In this document: piece after piece, positions 1-8,588 of the stretch
Layout of the letters: each line of letters begins with the position of its first letter
Position numbering within the stretch: the first letter of the stretch is position 1
Assembly (NCBI GenBank): GCA_019429445.1
Contig: JAHYIW010000002.1
Coordinates: 37,964-101,963, forward strand
Direction of reading: 5' to 3'
Length of the DNA stretch: 64,000 nucleotides
Origin: Desulfuromonadaceae bacterium
GTDB taxonomy: Bacteria; Desulfobacterota; Desulfuromonadia; Desulfuromonadales; JAHYIW01
The notes under the pieces: generated by a model
What the model was told of the DNA's origin: nothing
The model's input: the letters and a program-made list of their open reading frames with translations, nothing else
The model's database searches: none
Made by a program: the position numbers and the translations under genes

Positions 1-123
1 CAGAACTCTTATTATCCGATTTTTTTGAAGTAAATGTCAATCTAAAATTTGTCCGTAATTCTGTCTGTTCGCTTGACGCCCTGTGTGTCGTCAGGTACTC
101 TTCGACTCAATAAGGACAGGGCT

Positions 124-405
124 ATGACGGATCATATTGCGTGGGAAGAAAAGTGCCGGCGTTGCGGTCGCTGCTGCTTTGAAAAAATTGATTTTAATGG
201 TGCAATATACTACACCAACGAACCCTGTGCCATGCTTGATCTGGATACGCGCCTCTGTACCGTTTACCGCGAGCGGCACGAGCGGCGACCGGGTTGCATG
301 GCGTTGACTCCCGAAATGTTGCAACGCGGGATCTTGCCCGCCGATTGTCCCTATGTTGCAGATATCACCGATTATCGTGCACCATATCTGTATGAACCTG
401 ATTGA
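124..405 (+). CDS. YkgJ/UPF0153-family cysteine-cluster protein
   Basis: CRRCGRCC (CxxCxxCC) motif plus further Cys residues, typical of the YkgJ zinc/iron-chelating family. ATG at 124 follows AAGGA. The track ORF starts earlier, at 49. Confidence 0.65.
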   Translation: MTDHIAWEEKCRRCGRCCFEKIDFNGAIYYTNEPCAMLDLDTRLCTVYRERHERRPGCMALTPEMLQRGILPADCPYVADITDYRAPYLYEPD

Positions 406-481
406 TTGCCAAGTTGAACGGTGCCGCACAATGCGACGATGATTCAGAACACCACAATTTGCGGTGAAGGAGAAGATTGTT

Positions 482-1909
482 ATGCAGAGGAATATCATCT
501 TTGGAACGTCGGGCTGGCGTGGTTTGCTGGCGGACGATTTTACGTTCGGTAAGGTCAGAATAGTGACTCGGGCAATTGCCGATCATCTGTTGGCCCAAGG
601 GACGGCAGATGGCGGTGTGATAGTCGGTTGTGATGCCCGATTTCTGGGCAAAAACTTCGTTGCAGCTGCGGCACAAATTCTCGCTGCCGCAGGAATAAAA
701 GCGTTTGTTTGCGACCGTGATACGCCCACCCCGGTGATTGCACATGAAATCATTCGCCGGGGATGTAGTGGTGCGATTAATTTTACAGCAAGTCACAATC
801 CGTATGAATATAACGGACTCAAATTTTCTCCCGCATCAGGTGGGCCGGCGCTTCCTGGAACGACTGCCGATATCGAGCGCCGCGCCAATGAGATGAGCGT
901 GGTGGACAATGTTGATCAAATGACCGTAGAACAGGCGCGCTCGCATGGATTGTATGAGGAGATTGACCCGCGTCCGGCTTATGTTGAGTCGATACGCAAA
1001 TTGGTCAATTTTGATGCCATTCTTTCTTCAGGGCTAATCTTTGCGATCAACCCGCTCTATGGCACCGCTATCGGTTATCTCGACAAATTACTGGGTGACG
1101 CTGGGGTGACAGTGATGACAATCAATGACCATCGTGATCCGTATTTTGGTGGCTACCCCCCGGAACCGGCGCAAGCGAACATTGCTCAATTCATTGATCT
1201 TATCCGCAACGATTCGCGTCTCAGCCTGGGACTCGCTACAGACGGAGATGCTGATCGTTACGGGATTGTTGATAGTGACGGAACTTACATTGAACCCAAC
1301 TACATTCTGGCACTGCTGGCAGATTATATGCTGAGAAGTGGACGGCGTGGCGACCTGGCGCGTTCTGTTGCGACGTCGCATCTGCTCGATCGGGTTGCTG
1401 CGCATCATGGAGTCAATATTCTTGAAACACCGGTCGGCTTCAAATTTATTGGTGAATACATCGCTGCGGGAAAAATTCTTATCGGGGGGGAAGAAAGTGC
1501 CGGTTTGACAATCAGCGGGCATGTTCCTGACAAGGATGGCATCCTTGCCTGCCTGCTGGTGGCCGAAATGGTTGCAGTTGAGCAAAAGACCATAGCCGAG
1601 TTGCTGACTGACCTTTATCGCCGGGTCGGTGAAGTACATACCCGTCGCATCAATCTGCGCCTGACACCTGAACTTGAGACTTCTTTTGCTGAGAAAATGA
1701 GTGTGACGCCAGACGAGTTTGGTGGCAAGAAGGTGTGCGAAACGAACACCGTGGATGGTTACAAGTTTATTCTCGACGATGGATCGTGGTTGTTGTTTCG
1801 CAAATCAGGGACTGAGCCGGTCGTGCGACTTTACGGAGAGGCCAACTGCGAGGAACATTTGCAGGCGATCATCGATGCGGGACGGTCATTCGTTTTGGGC
1901 CTCCCGTAG
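482..1909 (+). CDS. phosphoglucomutase/phosphomannomutase family protein
   Basis: GTSGWRG N-terminus, active-site TASHNP, DGDADR metal loop and GEESAG sugar loop. ATG at 482 has a GGAG 8 nt upstream. The track start at 464 is a GTG. Confidence 0.85.
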   Translation: MQRNIIFGTSGWRGLLADDFTFGKVRIVTRAIADHLLAQGTADGGVIVGCDARFLGKNFVAAAAQILAAAGIKAFVCDRDTPTPVIAHEIIRRGCSGAINFTASHNPYEYNGLKFSPASGGPALPGTTADIERRANEMSVVDNVDQMTVEQARSHGLYEEIDPRPAYVESIRKLVNFDAILSSGLIFAINPLYGTAIGYLDKLLGDAGVTVMTINDHRDPYFGGYPPEPAQANIAQFIDLIRNDSRLSLGLATDGDADRYGIVDSDGTYIEPNYILALLADYMLRSGRRGDLARSVATSHLLDRVAAHHGVNILETPVGFKFIGEYIAAGKILIGGEESAGLTISGHVPDKDGILACLLVAEMVAVEQKTIAELLTDLYRRVGEVHTRRINLRLTPELETSFAEKMSVTPDEFGGKKVCETNTVDGYKFILDDGSWLLFRKSGTEPVVRLYGEANCEEHLQAIIDAGRSFVLGLP

Positions 1910-1943
1910 CAGCCGCGGTTTCCTGATTAGATGTGGATAGAAT

Positions 1944-1979
1944 AAAAACGGGGATAAGCGTGCGCTCATCCCCGTTTTT
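1944..1979. terminator. bidirectional intrinsic terminator between convergent pgm-like gene and rpmB
   Basis: aaaaacggggat...atccccgttttt: 9-bp GC-rich stem flanked by an A-run and a T-run. Confidence 0.6.
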
Positions 1980-2004
1980 GATGATTTCGATCAGGATGTA
2001 ACGA

Positions 2005-2196
2005 TCAGCCTGGTTTGACAATCGCTCCGGAACGAATACAGCGTGTACACGCCCTGACGGACATGACCGTGCCATTTTTGAGAGACCGAACTTTTTGCAG
2101 ATTCGGATCCCAGGTTTTCCGGGTTTTGTTGTGTGCGTGGCTGACATTATTCCCTGTTTGCGATTTCTTTCCGCAAATATCACATACTTTTGACAT
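2005..2196 (-). CDS. rpmB: 50S ribosomal protein L28
   Basis: [34 protein letters not shown] is a canonical L28 N-terminus. Confidence 0.95.
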   Translation of the reverse strand: MSKVCDICGKKSQTGNNVSHAHNKTRKTWDPNLQKVRSLKNGTVMSVRACTRCIRSGAIVKPG

Positions 2197-2296
2197 AATT
2201 AAAGCTCCTCTTGGGATTCAAAGCCGTAGATATCTATCACAATTGCACGTGTGATGCAACTCATATTTAGGAATTTATGCATCTTTTTACACGGGT

Positions 2297-2749
2297 CTAA
2301 AAGTCCAGGTCATCCTCGCTTATGACTTCGATCTGCTGCCGTTTTAGTAGTGTCGTTGTGACCCCGTCACCACTGACCACCAGATTCTCCCGGTAAATCT
2401 CCCCGACACCGCATGACGGGCTGCGTTGTTTCAGGATCGCCCGTCGGCAATCCGTCAACCTGGCGATTTTCAGCACTTCTTGTGCACCGCGTATAAATGC
2501 CAGGTTCATCGATATATCAGCGTTTGTTATCTCACCGTTACCATCGAGGACAGCGGAACCATCACCGTTGACGAACCATGATCGCAGGCGGGGGGTTGGC
2601 AAGCCGCCGAGTTGTTCGGGACAAACCGGAATCGGAGTCAGCTTGTGCTGACGCAGATAATCAAGAACCCGATGATCGGCCTTTGTGTTCCCATCGTAGC
2701 GGGTGTTCAGGCCGAGTAAGCATGCACTGACCAGAACTGATCGTTCCAT
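2297..2749 (-). CDS. DUF523 (YbbK-like) domain protein
   Basis: VLVSACLLGLNTRYDG...SPSCG pattern typical of DUF523. Its ATG overlaps the purN stop (TGATG), suggesting translational coupling. Confidence 0.7.
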   Translation of the reverse strand: MERSVLVSACLLGLNTRYDGNTKADHRVLDYLRQHKLTPIPVCPEQLGGLPTPRLRSWFVNGDGSAVLDGNGEITNADISMNLAFIRGAQEVLKIARLTDCRRAILKQRSPSCGVGEIYRENLVVSGDGVTTTLLKRQQIEVISEDDLDF

Positions 2750-3411
2750 CAGTCGTCCAGAGCCGGGTTGACCAATACCCCTGAGGCAGGCTGTGGTGCC
2801 GGATCAATGTAAACATGTCGACCGGTGACCTTGACGCGGTTTTCCGCAAATAATTGAATGACACGCGGATAAATTTTGTGTTCCTGAACAAGAATTCGCG
2901 CTGCCAGGGTGTCCTCGTTATCATCAGTGAGAACCGGTACCACAGCCTGCATGATAATCGGTCCGGTATCGACCCCACCATCGACCAGGTGGACGGTACA
3001 GCCGGAAAAGCGCACGCCGTACTCAATCGCCTTGCGCTGCACGTTAAGTCCGGGGAAAGCGGGGAGGAGTGCCGGATGAATATTAATAATGCGGTTTGGA
3101 AATGCGCTGACAAACGTCTCCGTAATAATGCGCATGAACCCGGCCAGGACAACTAATTCAACCTGCGCTGATTGTAATGCGCTGACAACGGCCCGGTCGA
3201 ATTCATCACGCGCAGAAAAGTCGCGGTGGTTGATGATTTGTACAGGAATACCCGCATTTGATGCGCGGGCGAGCGCACCAGCATCGGGGTTATTGCTGAT
3301 TACGGTGACAATTTCAGCATCAAGAGATTTGGCGACGCAGTGGTCAATAATCGATTGCAGGTTAGTGCCACCCCCTGAAGCGAGTATACCGAGACGCAGT
3401 TTTTCAGTCAT
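2749..3411 (-). CDS. purN: phosphoribosylglycinamide formyltransferase
   Basis: LGILASGGGTNLQ, NIHPALLP and later Asp motifs. Start moved to the ATG at 3411, preceded by GAGGAG. The track ORF extends to 3507 across the purM stop. Confidence 0.9.
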   Translation of the reverse strand: MTEKLRLGILASGGGTNLQSIIDHCVAKSLDAEIVTVISNNPDAGALARASNAGIPVQIINHRDFSARDEFDRAVVSALQSAQVELVVLAGFMRIITETFVSAFPNRIINIHPALLPAFPGLNVQRKAIEYGVRFSGCTVHLVDGGVDTGPIIMQAVVPVLTDDNEDTLAARILVQEHKIYPRVIQLFAENRVKVTGRHVYIDPAPQPASGVLVNPALDD

Positions 3412-3427
3412 CCGCTCCTCCCGGCCC

Positions 3428-4477
3428 TCAGCTGATAACAACTCGCGGTTCTTCGCCCTTGCGAGCAGCGATCGTGCCGATAACAGTGGCACTTTCACCC
3501 AGACCATTGAGACGCATCATGATGTCATCGGTTTCTTGTTCGGGGACAATGACGATCAGGCCGATGCCGCAGTTGAAGGTACGATACATTTCATCCTTGG
3601 CAATATTGCCTTTTTCTTGCAGAAGTTTGAAGATTGCTGCTTTGGGCCATGATGTACCATCGATTTGCGCTTTACAATCGTGAGGCAGCACACGAGGAAG
3701 ATTCTCCGGAAGTCCGCCGCCAGTAATATGCGCAATGCCCCGCAGGTTGAAATCGCGCAGCAAATTGAGTATTGACTTAACGTAAATACGTGTCGGCGCA
3801 ATCAGGACCTCACCGAGCGGAGCCTCAAGTTCCGGCAACCTGGCATCAATGGCATAGCCCTCTTGCTCAAAAAGTATCTTGCGCGCCAAAGAATAACCGT
3901 TTGAGTGCAGTCCACTTGATGCCAGACCGATGACCTTGTCACCAACCGTTATCGAAGAACCGTCGATGATGTTGCTGTTGTCGACAACCCCCACAGTAAA
4001 CCCGGCCAGATCGTATTCTCCAGTGTTGTACATGCCGGGCATTTCCGCAGTTTCCCCGCCGAGCAGGGCGCAGCCAGCCTGTTTGCACCCCTCAACAATC
4101 CCCTTGACGATCTCAACGGCCTTTTCCGGGGACAATTGTCCGGTCGCAAGATAATCAAGGAAAAACAGGGGTTCGGCGCCCTGAACAATAATATCGTTGA
4201 CACACATGGCGACCAGATCAATGCCGACCGTATCATGTTTATCAAGCATAAAGGCGATCTTGAGCTTGGTGCCGACACCATCGGTTGAAGCAACCAGAGT
4301 CGGGCGCGCATATTTGTCAGGTGTCAGTGAAAAGAGGCCGCCGAACCCGCCAATGTCTGCCAGAACCTCAGGACGCGAACACGATTTAACCAGAGGTTTG
4401 ATCATCTGCACAAAACGATTTCCGGCATCGATATCGACACCGGCATCTTTATACGTTGTTGGTTTTTTTTGAGTCAC
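3428..4477 (-). CDS. purM: phosphoribosylformylglycinamidine cyclo-ligase (AIR synthetase)
   Basis: TYKDAGVDIDAGN, DGVGTK and GGETAEMPG motifs. GTG at 4477 lies 7 nt downstream of AGGAG. Confidence 0.9.
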   Translation of the reverse strand: MTQKKPTTYKDAGVDIDAGNRFVQMIKPLVKSCSRPEVLADIGGFGGLFSLTPDKYARPTLVASTDGVGTKLKIAFMLDKHDTVGIDLVAMCVNDIIVQGAEPLFFLDYLATGQLSPEKAVEIVKGIVEGCKQAGCALLGGETAEMPGMYNTGEYDLAGFTVGVVDNSNIIDGSSITVGDKVIGLASSGLHSNGYSLARKILFEQEGYAIDARLPELEAPLGEVLIAPTRIYVKSILNLLRDFNLRGIAHITGGGLPENLPRVLPHDCKAQIDGTSWPKAAIFKLLQEKGNIAKDEMYRTFNCGIGLIVIVPEQETDDIMMRLNGLGESATVIGTIAARKGEEPRVVIS

Positions 4478-4594
4478 GTTATTGCTCCTTTTCCCCGAAC
4501 ACAAGCGACCAAAGGTAATTTATCAATCGGGCGATGTCAAGGTAAACTCTTTGCGCTCAGGCGTTTTCGGAAACAGTTTTGAAAATCAAAGATG

Positions 4595-4740
4595 ATGCAC
4601 TCGCAAAAAAGAATTGGATGGCTAAACAAAAATTTCGTCCTCCAAGGCTTGGTGGTTTTTCAGGGGCGAAGGCCTACATCAGGTAGGTCGAGGTCTTGAA
4701 AAACCAGCGTAACGCCGTAGGGCGGACTTTTTGCGACGCC
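4595..4740. mobile_element. MITE-like hairpin element bracketed by a 10-bp direct repeat
   Basis: ATCAAAGATG occurs at 4585-4594 and 4741-4750. Inside are subterminal inverted cores tcgcaaaaag (4601-4610) / ctttttgcga (4727-4736) and an inner inverted pair ggtttttcagg / cttgaaaaacc. No ORF. Confidence 0.4.
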
Positions 4741-4862
4741 ATCAAAGATGGCTCAAATATCACCGACAGGCGCAGCCTTGCAGAGACCCAGAATACACCA
4801 CGGTTGCAGACGAGATGAACGCCCCATTATTTGGTGGAAGTGCCCTGACCATCGAGCTGCAA

Positions 4863-5354
4863 TCAGGATGAAAGACCGAATTTTTTTTTCAAAGCTGCAA
4901 CCACCGGCTGAGGAACAAATGCGCTGATATCTCCACCGAGGGAACAGACTTCCTTGACAATCGAAGAGCTCAAGAAGCTGTAGGGGACCGCAGTCATCAT
5001 GAAGAGGGTTTCAACGCGTTGTTCGACGTTGTGATTCATTTGCGCGATCTGTAGCTCGTACTCAAAGTCGGAGACCGCGCGCAAACCGCGCAGAATGACA
5101 CGCGCCCCCTGATTAACGACATAGTTGACCAGCAGACCGTCAAAGGTCTCGGTGCGCACCCGCGAATCATCGGCAACGGCAATACGAATCAACTCCAGAC
5201 GTTCAGCGACGGTGAAGAGTGAATTTTTTTCAGAATTACGCGCCACGGCAATGATCACCTCGTCAAAGACTTCCAGACCGCGTTGAATAATGTCAAGATG
5301 ACCATTGGTGATCGGATCGAACGATCCGGGATAAACGGCAATACTTTTTTTCAT
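4863..5354 (-). CDS. coaD: phosphopantetheine adenylyltransferase
   Basis: AVYPGSFDPITNGHLDII (T/HxGH nucleotidyltransferase motif), full-length 163 aa. Confidence 0.95.
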   Translation of the reverse strand: MKKSIAVYPGSFDPITNGHLDIIQRGLEVFDEVIIAVARNSEKNSLFTVAERLELIRIAVADDSRVRTETFDGLLVNYVVNQGARVILRGLRAVSDFEYELQIAQMNHNVEQRVETLFMMTAVPYSFLSSSIVKEVCSLGGDISAFVPQPVVAALKKKFGLSS

Positions 5355-5407
5355 TCGTGTGCCTCCATGGCAGTCTCGCTAATGGTGATTTTAAAAACCC
5401 TAGTTTG

Positions 5408-7012
5408 CTAATCTGCTAACTCGCTAAAGATATAATTAGAGCTGCCACTCACCTGAGGGTTCTGCTCTCTCCCATATTGCCGACGAGCCATGTAGGACAC
5501 TTCCAAGTCCAAGTAACGCTTTAGTTCAGCCAAGCTGACTTTGTTGTCAGCATTGCCTGACTTACCTTTATCAGCATCACCATTTATGCCTTTAAGGAAA
5601 TAGCTCGTGAACAGTCCATGTTTAGCTTCTGTGTCCCATGAAGCGACTTCACCGACATTGGTTGCTGTCAGGACATTTATCTTACTCGATGTCTTGGGCA
5701 TTGATATTGGTTTTAAAGATATGGATGACGCATTGCGAATAATTGTTCCTGCCTGGGAACTTCCAGAGAAGCATGCGTCCAGGACAACTGTAATGCTCTT
5801 TGCTGACAGCTTTTCTAGATTGGCGTATAAGGTGTCAATTGAGTAGCCATTGAGTTCTACCGTTGAAGGGTCTGCATTTACAGGCAGTAAGTATCCACTA
5901 CCATCTTTAAGGCTTGGTGCTCCGTGACCAGAGTAGTAGAAAAATACATCTGATTCGTTGGGTCGAACCCAGTTAAAGAGTTTTCCCATGTGAGATTCTT
6001 TGTTTCCAAGTGCAGATACCATTTGCGCCTGAGATGCGTTCTCAAGATAGAGAATATTGCCTTCCTTGTAGCCCTTAGCATTTACCAGATATTCTTTAAT
6101 CGCTGCTGCATCATTGATTGCGTAATCGACATCTGGCACTGAGTTTCCAGATTTAGAGTAGTCTTTGTTGCCTACAATCAGGGCTATAGAGGAGTCATTG
6201 TTAAAATTTTTGCTATTGAAGTTACTGTCTATTAATTTTTGAGCATAAAAATTTGGTTTCAGTTCTTGAATATTTTCTAGGCTGTATTTTTTCAATAAAG
6301 ACATGGCTTTCGCGGCATCTCTTTTTACGTTAGGGTGAGGATCATCAAATGCAGCATTTTGGATTAAGCTATAGATATCTTCTGTTACATATTTAGATCG
6401 CGAAAGGAGCTGAAAAACATGCCTTCTTCTGTTGGCTTTGCTCTGAGTAATCTCTGTAATAATGCCTGTTGAGGCACGTTCAATCACCTCACTGTGCAGG
6501 CTACGGTTGTTGACAAGGTATATTGAAAAGGAGGTTTTTATCAAATAGTCCATATTTTTAGACATTATTTTTGCGTAATTTATTAAGTCATCCGTGTAAT
6601 AGTCGTGATCAATTAGAGATGAAATTATCAGTGCAACGATATTTCTGTGCTTCTCCTCTTTCACATGGTCGGCAAGGAACTTTACAGCGTTTTCGTGTGG
6701 TGAATTAGCTAATAATTTTGCAATTTTAGCTCTTTCCCGATCTTGTGTCTCTTGGGGAAGAAGAAGCCCCAAACGCTCTATTAATTCATTATCTTCAAGA
6801 GAAAAAGGGTTGTTAATTGCCGTGCCAATCGCTTTTGAGAAGTGCCTATTTTTAGTGTCAAAAATAATCTTTTTTAGTACATCATTGCCAGCTTGTGTAT
6901 AAAGTTGGCTCTCTTTGGTGAGGCCATATTCCTCATACCAAGCACTACCAAAGAATCCACAGCAGAACATAAACACGAGCAGGCAAAATAGCAGGGATAA
7001 TAAGCGATTCAT
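5408..7012 (-). CDS. exported HEAT-repeat protein with C-terminal caspase-fold (peptidase C14) domain
   Basis: N-terminal hydrophobic signal/anchor (LLSLLFCLLVFMFCCGFFGS). HEAT-like helices (SPHENAVKFLADHV; DDPHPNVKRDAAKAMSLL). C14 His and Cys contexts FFYYSGHGAP and VVLDACFSGSS. AT-rich relative to neighbours. Confidence 0.8.
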   Translation of the reverse strand: MNRLLSLLFCLLVFMFCCGFFGSAWYEEYGLTKESQLYTQAGNDVLKKIIFDTKNRHFSKAIGTAINNPFSLEDNELIERLGLLLPQETQDRERAKIAKLLANSPHENAVKFLADHVKEEKHRNIVALIISSLIDHDYYTDDLINYAKIMSKNMDYLIKTSFSIYLVNNRSLHSEVIERASTGIITEITQSKANRRRHVFQLLSRSKYVTEDIYSLIQNAAFDDPHPNVKRDAAKAMSLLKKYSLENIQELKPNFYAQKLIDSNFNSKNFNNDSSIALIVGNKDYSKSGNSVPDVDYAINDAAAIKEYLVNAKGYKEGNILYLENASQAQMVSALGNKESHMGKLFNWVRPNESDVFFYYSGHGAPSLKDGSGYLLPVNADPSTVELNGYSIDTLYANLEKLSAKSITVVLDACFSGSSQAGTIIRNASSISLKPISMPKTSSKINVLTATNVGEVASWDTEAKHGLFTSYFLKGINGDADKGKSGNADNKVSLAELKRYLDLEVSYMARRQYGREQNPQVSGSSNYIFSELAD

Positions 7013-7195
7013 AGCTCTCTCCTGGGTATGTATATCATCAATAAAACAGTAAAGGCATGTACGCTCAGGAGGTTTAAGAATGGTAGGTAGGCAGGACTTC
7101 AGCCCTCCTGAAGTGACATTTAGGGAAACACGATACTAAAACATCTCTCATAATGCAAGAACACCCTGATATTCTGACTTTTAAGACAATAGTAT

Positions 7196-7756
7196 TCAAT
7201 TGGAATCGACAAACAAACGAAACCGGATAGCTCCATAACGGCGGTCGTCGCACAAGGTAAAGGCGCGGTTAACGACATCCAGCTTTTCTTTTGTCCCGGT
7301 TTCAACGCAGATGATACCGTTTCTGCCCAGCAGCTGCATTGCAGCAAGCATGGCCAGGGTGGCCTCCGCCAGCCCCTTGCCGTAGGGCGGATCGAGAAAG
7401 ATCAGGTCAAAGGGCGCTTTGTTCAAAACCTGTGGCGGTAAATGCAATACATTGCTGCGCACCAGGGTCACCTTGTCGGACAAGGCACAGCCAGCCATGT
7501 TACGGGTAATCAGTTCGATCGCCTGCGGATTATTGTCGACGCAGGTGGCACTGGCGGCACCGCGACTGACGGCTTCGAGAGCCAACGCCCCGCTCCCGGC
7601 AAAAAGATCAAGAACGCGTATACCGTTCAGGGAACGGCAGCGGCTGAGCAGAATACTGAAAAGGGCTTCACGGGCGCGGTCGCCGGTGGGGCGAATCTCC
7701 TTACCGGTAAACGTTGCCAGATGTTTTCCCCGGGCGCTACCGGAAATGATGCGCAT
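7196..7756 (-). CDS. rsmD: 16S rRNA (guanine966-N2)-methyltransferase
   Basis: MRIISGSARGKHL...RPTGDRAREALF...LDLFAGSGALALEA...DPPY motifs. Start placed at the internal ATG at 7756. Confidence 0.85.
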   Translation of the reverse strand: MRIISGSARGKHLATFTGKEIRPTGDRAREALFSILLSRCRSLNGIRVLDLFAGSGALALEAVSRGAASATCVDNNPQAIELITRNMAGCALSDKVTLVRSNVLHLPPQVLNKAPFDLIFLDPPYGKGLAEATLAMLAAMQLLGRNGIICVETGTKEKLDVVNRAFTLCDDRRYGAIRFRLFVDSN

Positions 7757-7796
7757 AAATAATTCTCTTGTAATTGCGGGAGGTTGCCTGTGGATA

Positions 7797-7825
7797 AAAT
7801 TAGCACGGGGAGGAACGTTGGTCAA
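7797..7825 (-). promoter_or_regulatory. candidate sigma-70 promoter for rsmD
   Basis: On the minus strand: TTGACC, 17-nt spacer, TAATTT, about 40 nt upstream of the rsmD ATG. It directly abuts MITE copy 1. Confidence 0.35.
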
Positions 7826-7844
7826 GTAACGCAGCGCGGGACTA

Positions 7845-8005
7845 GTACCCAGTAACCCATAATCTTTCGTATCTGGCTGGTTCTTTGGCGTGTCAGCTGC
7901 GTTGCGATTTTAGCTGTTTAACTCTGGCTAGGCAGCTGAAATCACGCCTTGCTGACCCGCCAAATCCCTGCGCCATCTTTCGAAATCCTATGGGTTACAG
8001 GGTAC
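7845..8005. mobile_element. 161-bp MITE, copy 1 (TA-flanked, about 17-bp terminal inverted repeats)
   Basis: Ends gtacccagtaacccata / tatgggttacagggtac. Flanked by TA on both sides. 138/161 positions match the copy at 50191-50351 by hand alignment. The two halves are extensively self-complementary. Confidence 0.7.
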
Positions 8006-8526
8006 TACTCTTTTTGGGCAACCTGCATGCTCTCCAGCAGGGCGCGTTCTTTGCGGATCGCGCTACTGCTGTATGCCCAGATATGATAATTTTCCAGCCC
8101 CATAACGCTGGTCCCGGAAAAAAAAACGGCCCAGAAATTATCCAGAAGGGCACCGGACAGATGGTAAAAGATATAGAAAGCGCAAAAAAAAGCGGTATGC
8201 ATCCATCCAAGGAAAGGCGTAATGTTATGGCTCATTCTTGCCAAGGTTCGGACAATGCTCGAAAAGGCATATATAACCAGGGCCAAGCTGATCATGGTTG
8301 CTGGCGGGGGGGTGCCGAGGAGTTGTCGCACCTCAGTACCGAGGGCAGGGAAGATTGAAAATTCATAAAAAGCGGACAAGCTCACCAGCAGAAACAGAAC
8401 CATTGCCCAAAGACCACTTCCGGCGATTCGTTCAAGGGTCTTGATGCGTTTTTCGATGCGTTCTCGCAACTTTTCCCGATCGGGAAAGGGACGCACCTCG
8501 CGGGGGGATTCCGCCTGGCTCATCAT
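8005..8526 (-). CDS. hypothetical integral membrane protein (about 4 predicted TM segments)
   Basis: AAGGAG precedes ATGATG. Four hydrophobic stretches. Last gene of the minus-strand operon. Its TAG stop (8005-8007) is built from the last base of the MITE plus the flanking TA. Confidence 0.55.
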   Translation of the reverse strand: MMSQAESPREVRPFPDREKLRERIEKRIKTLERIAGSGLWAMVLFLLVSLSAFYEFSIFPALGTEVRQLLGTPPPATMISLALVIYAFSSIVRTLARMSHNITPFLGWMHTAFFCAFYIFYHLSGALLDNFWAVFFSGTSVMGLENYHIWAYSSSAIRKERALLESMQVAQKE

Positions 8527-8588
8527 TAGCTCCTTCTGCCCACCACAGAGTGTTCAAAACTGAACCAACTGTAACATAACGATCAGTT

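Noticed and set aside
4585-4750. Possible 6S RNA (a long irregular hairpin with internal loops)
   Set aside because: The size and shape are superficially compatible, but I cannot recognise conserved 6S features. The flanking 10-bp direct repeat fits an insertion better. I left it as an alternative in the finding.
7885-8358. 157-aa plus-strand ORF
   Set aside because: It starts inside the MITE and runs antisense to the membrane-protein gene. It has no RBS and its composition is implausible.
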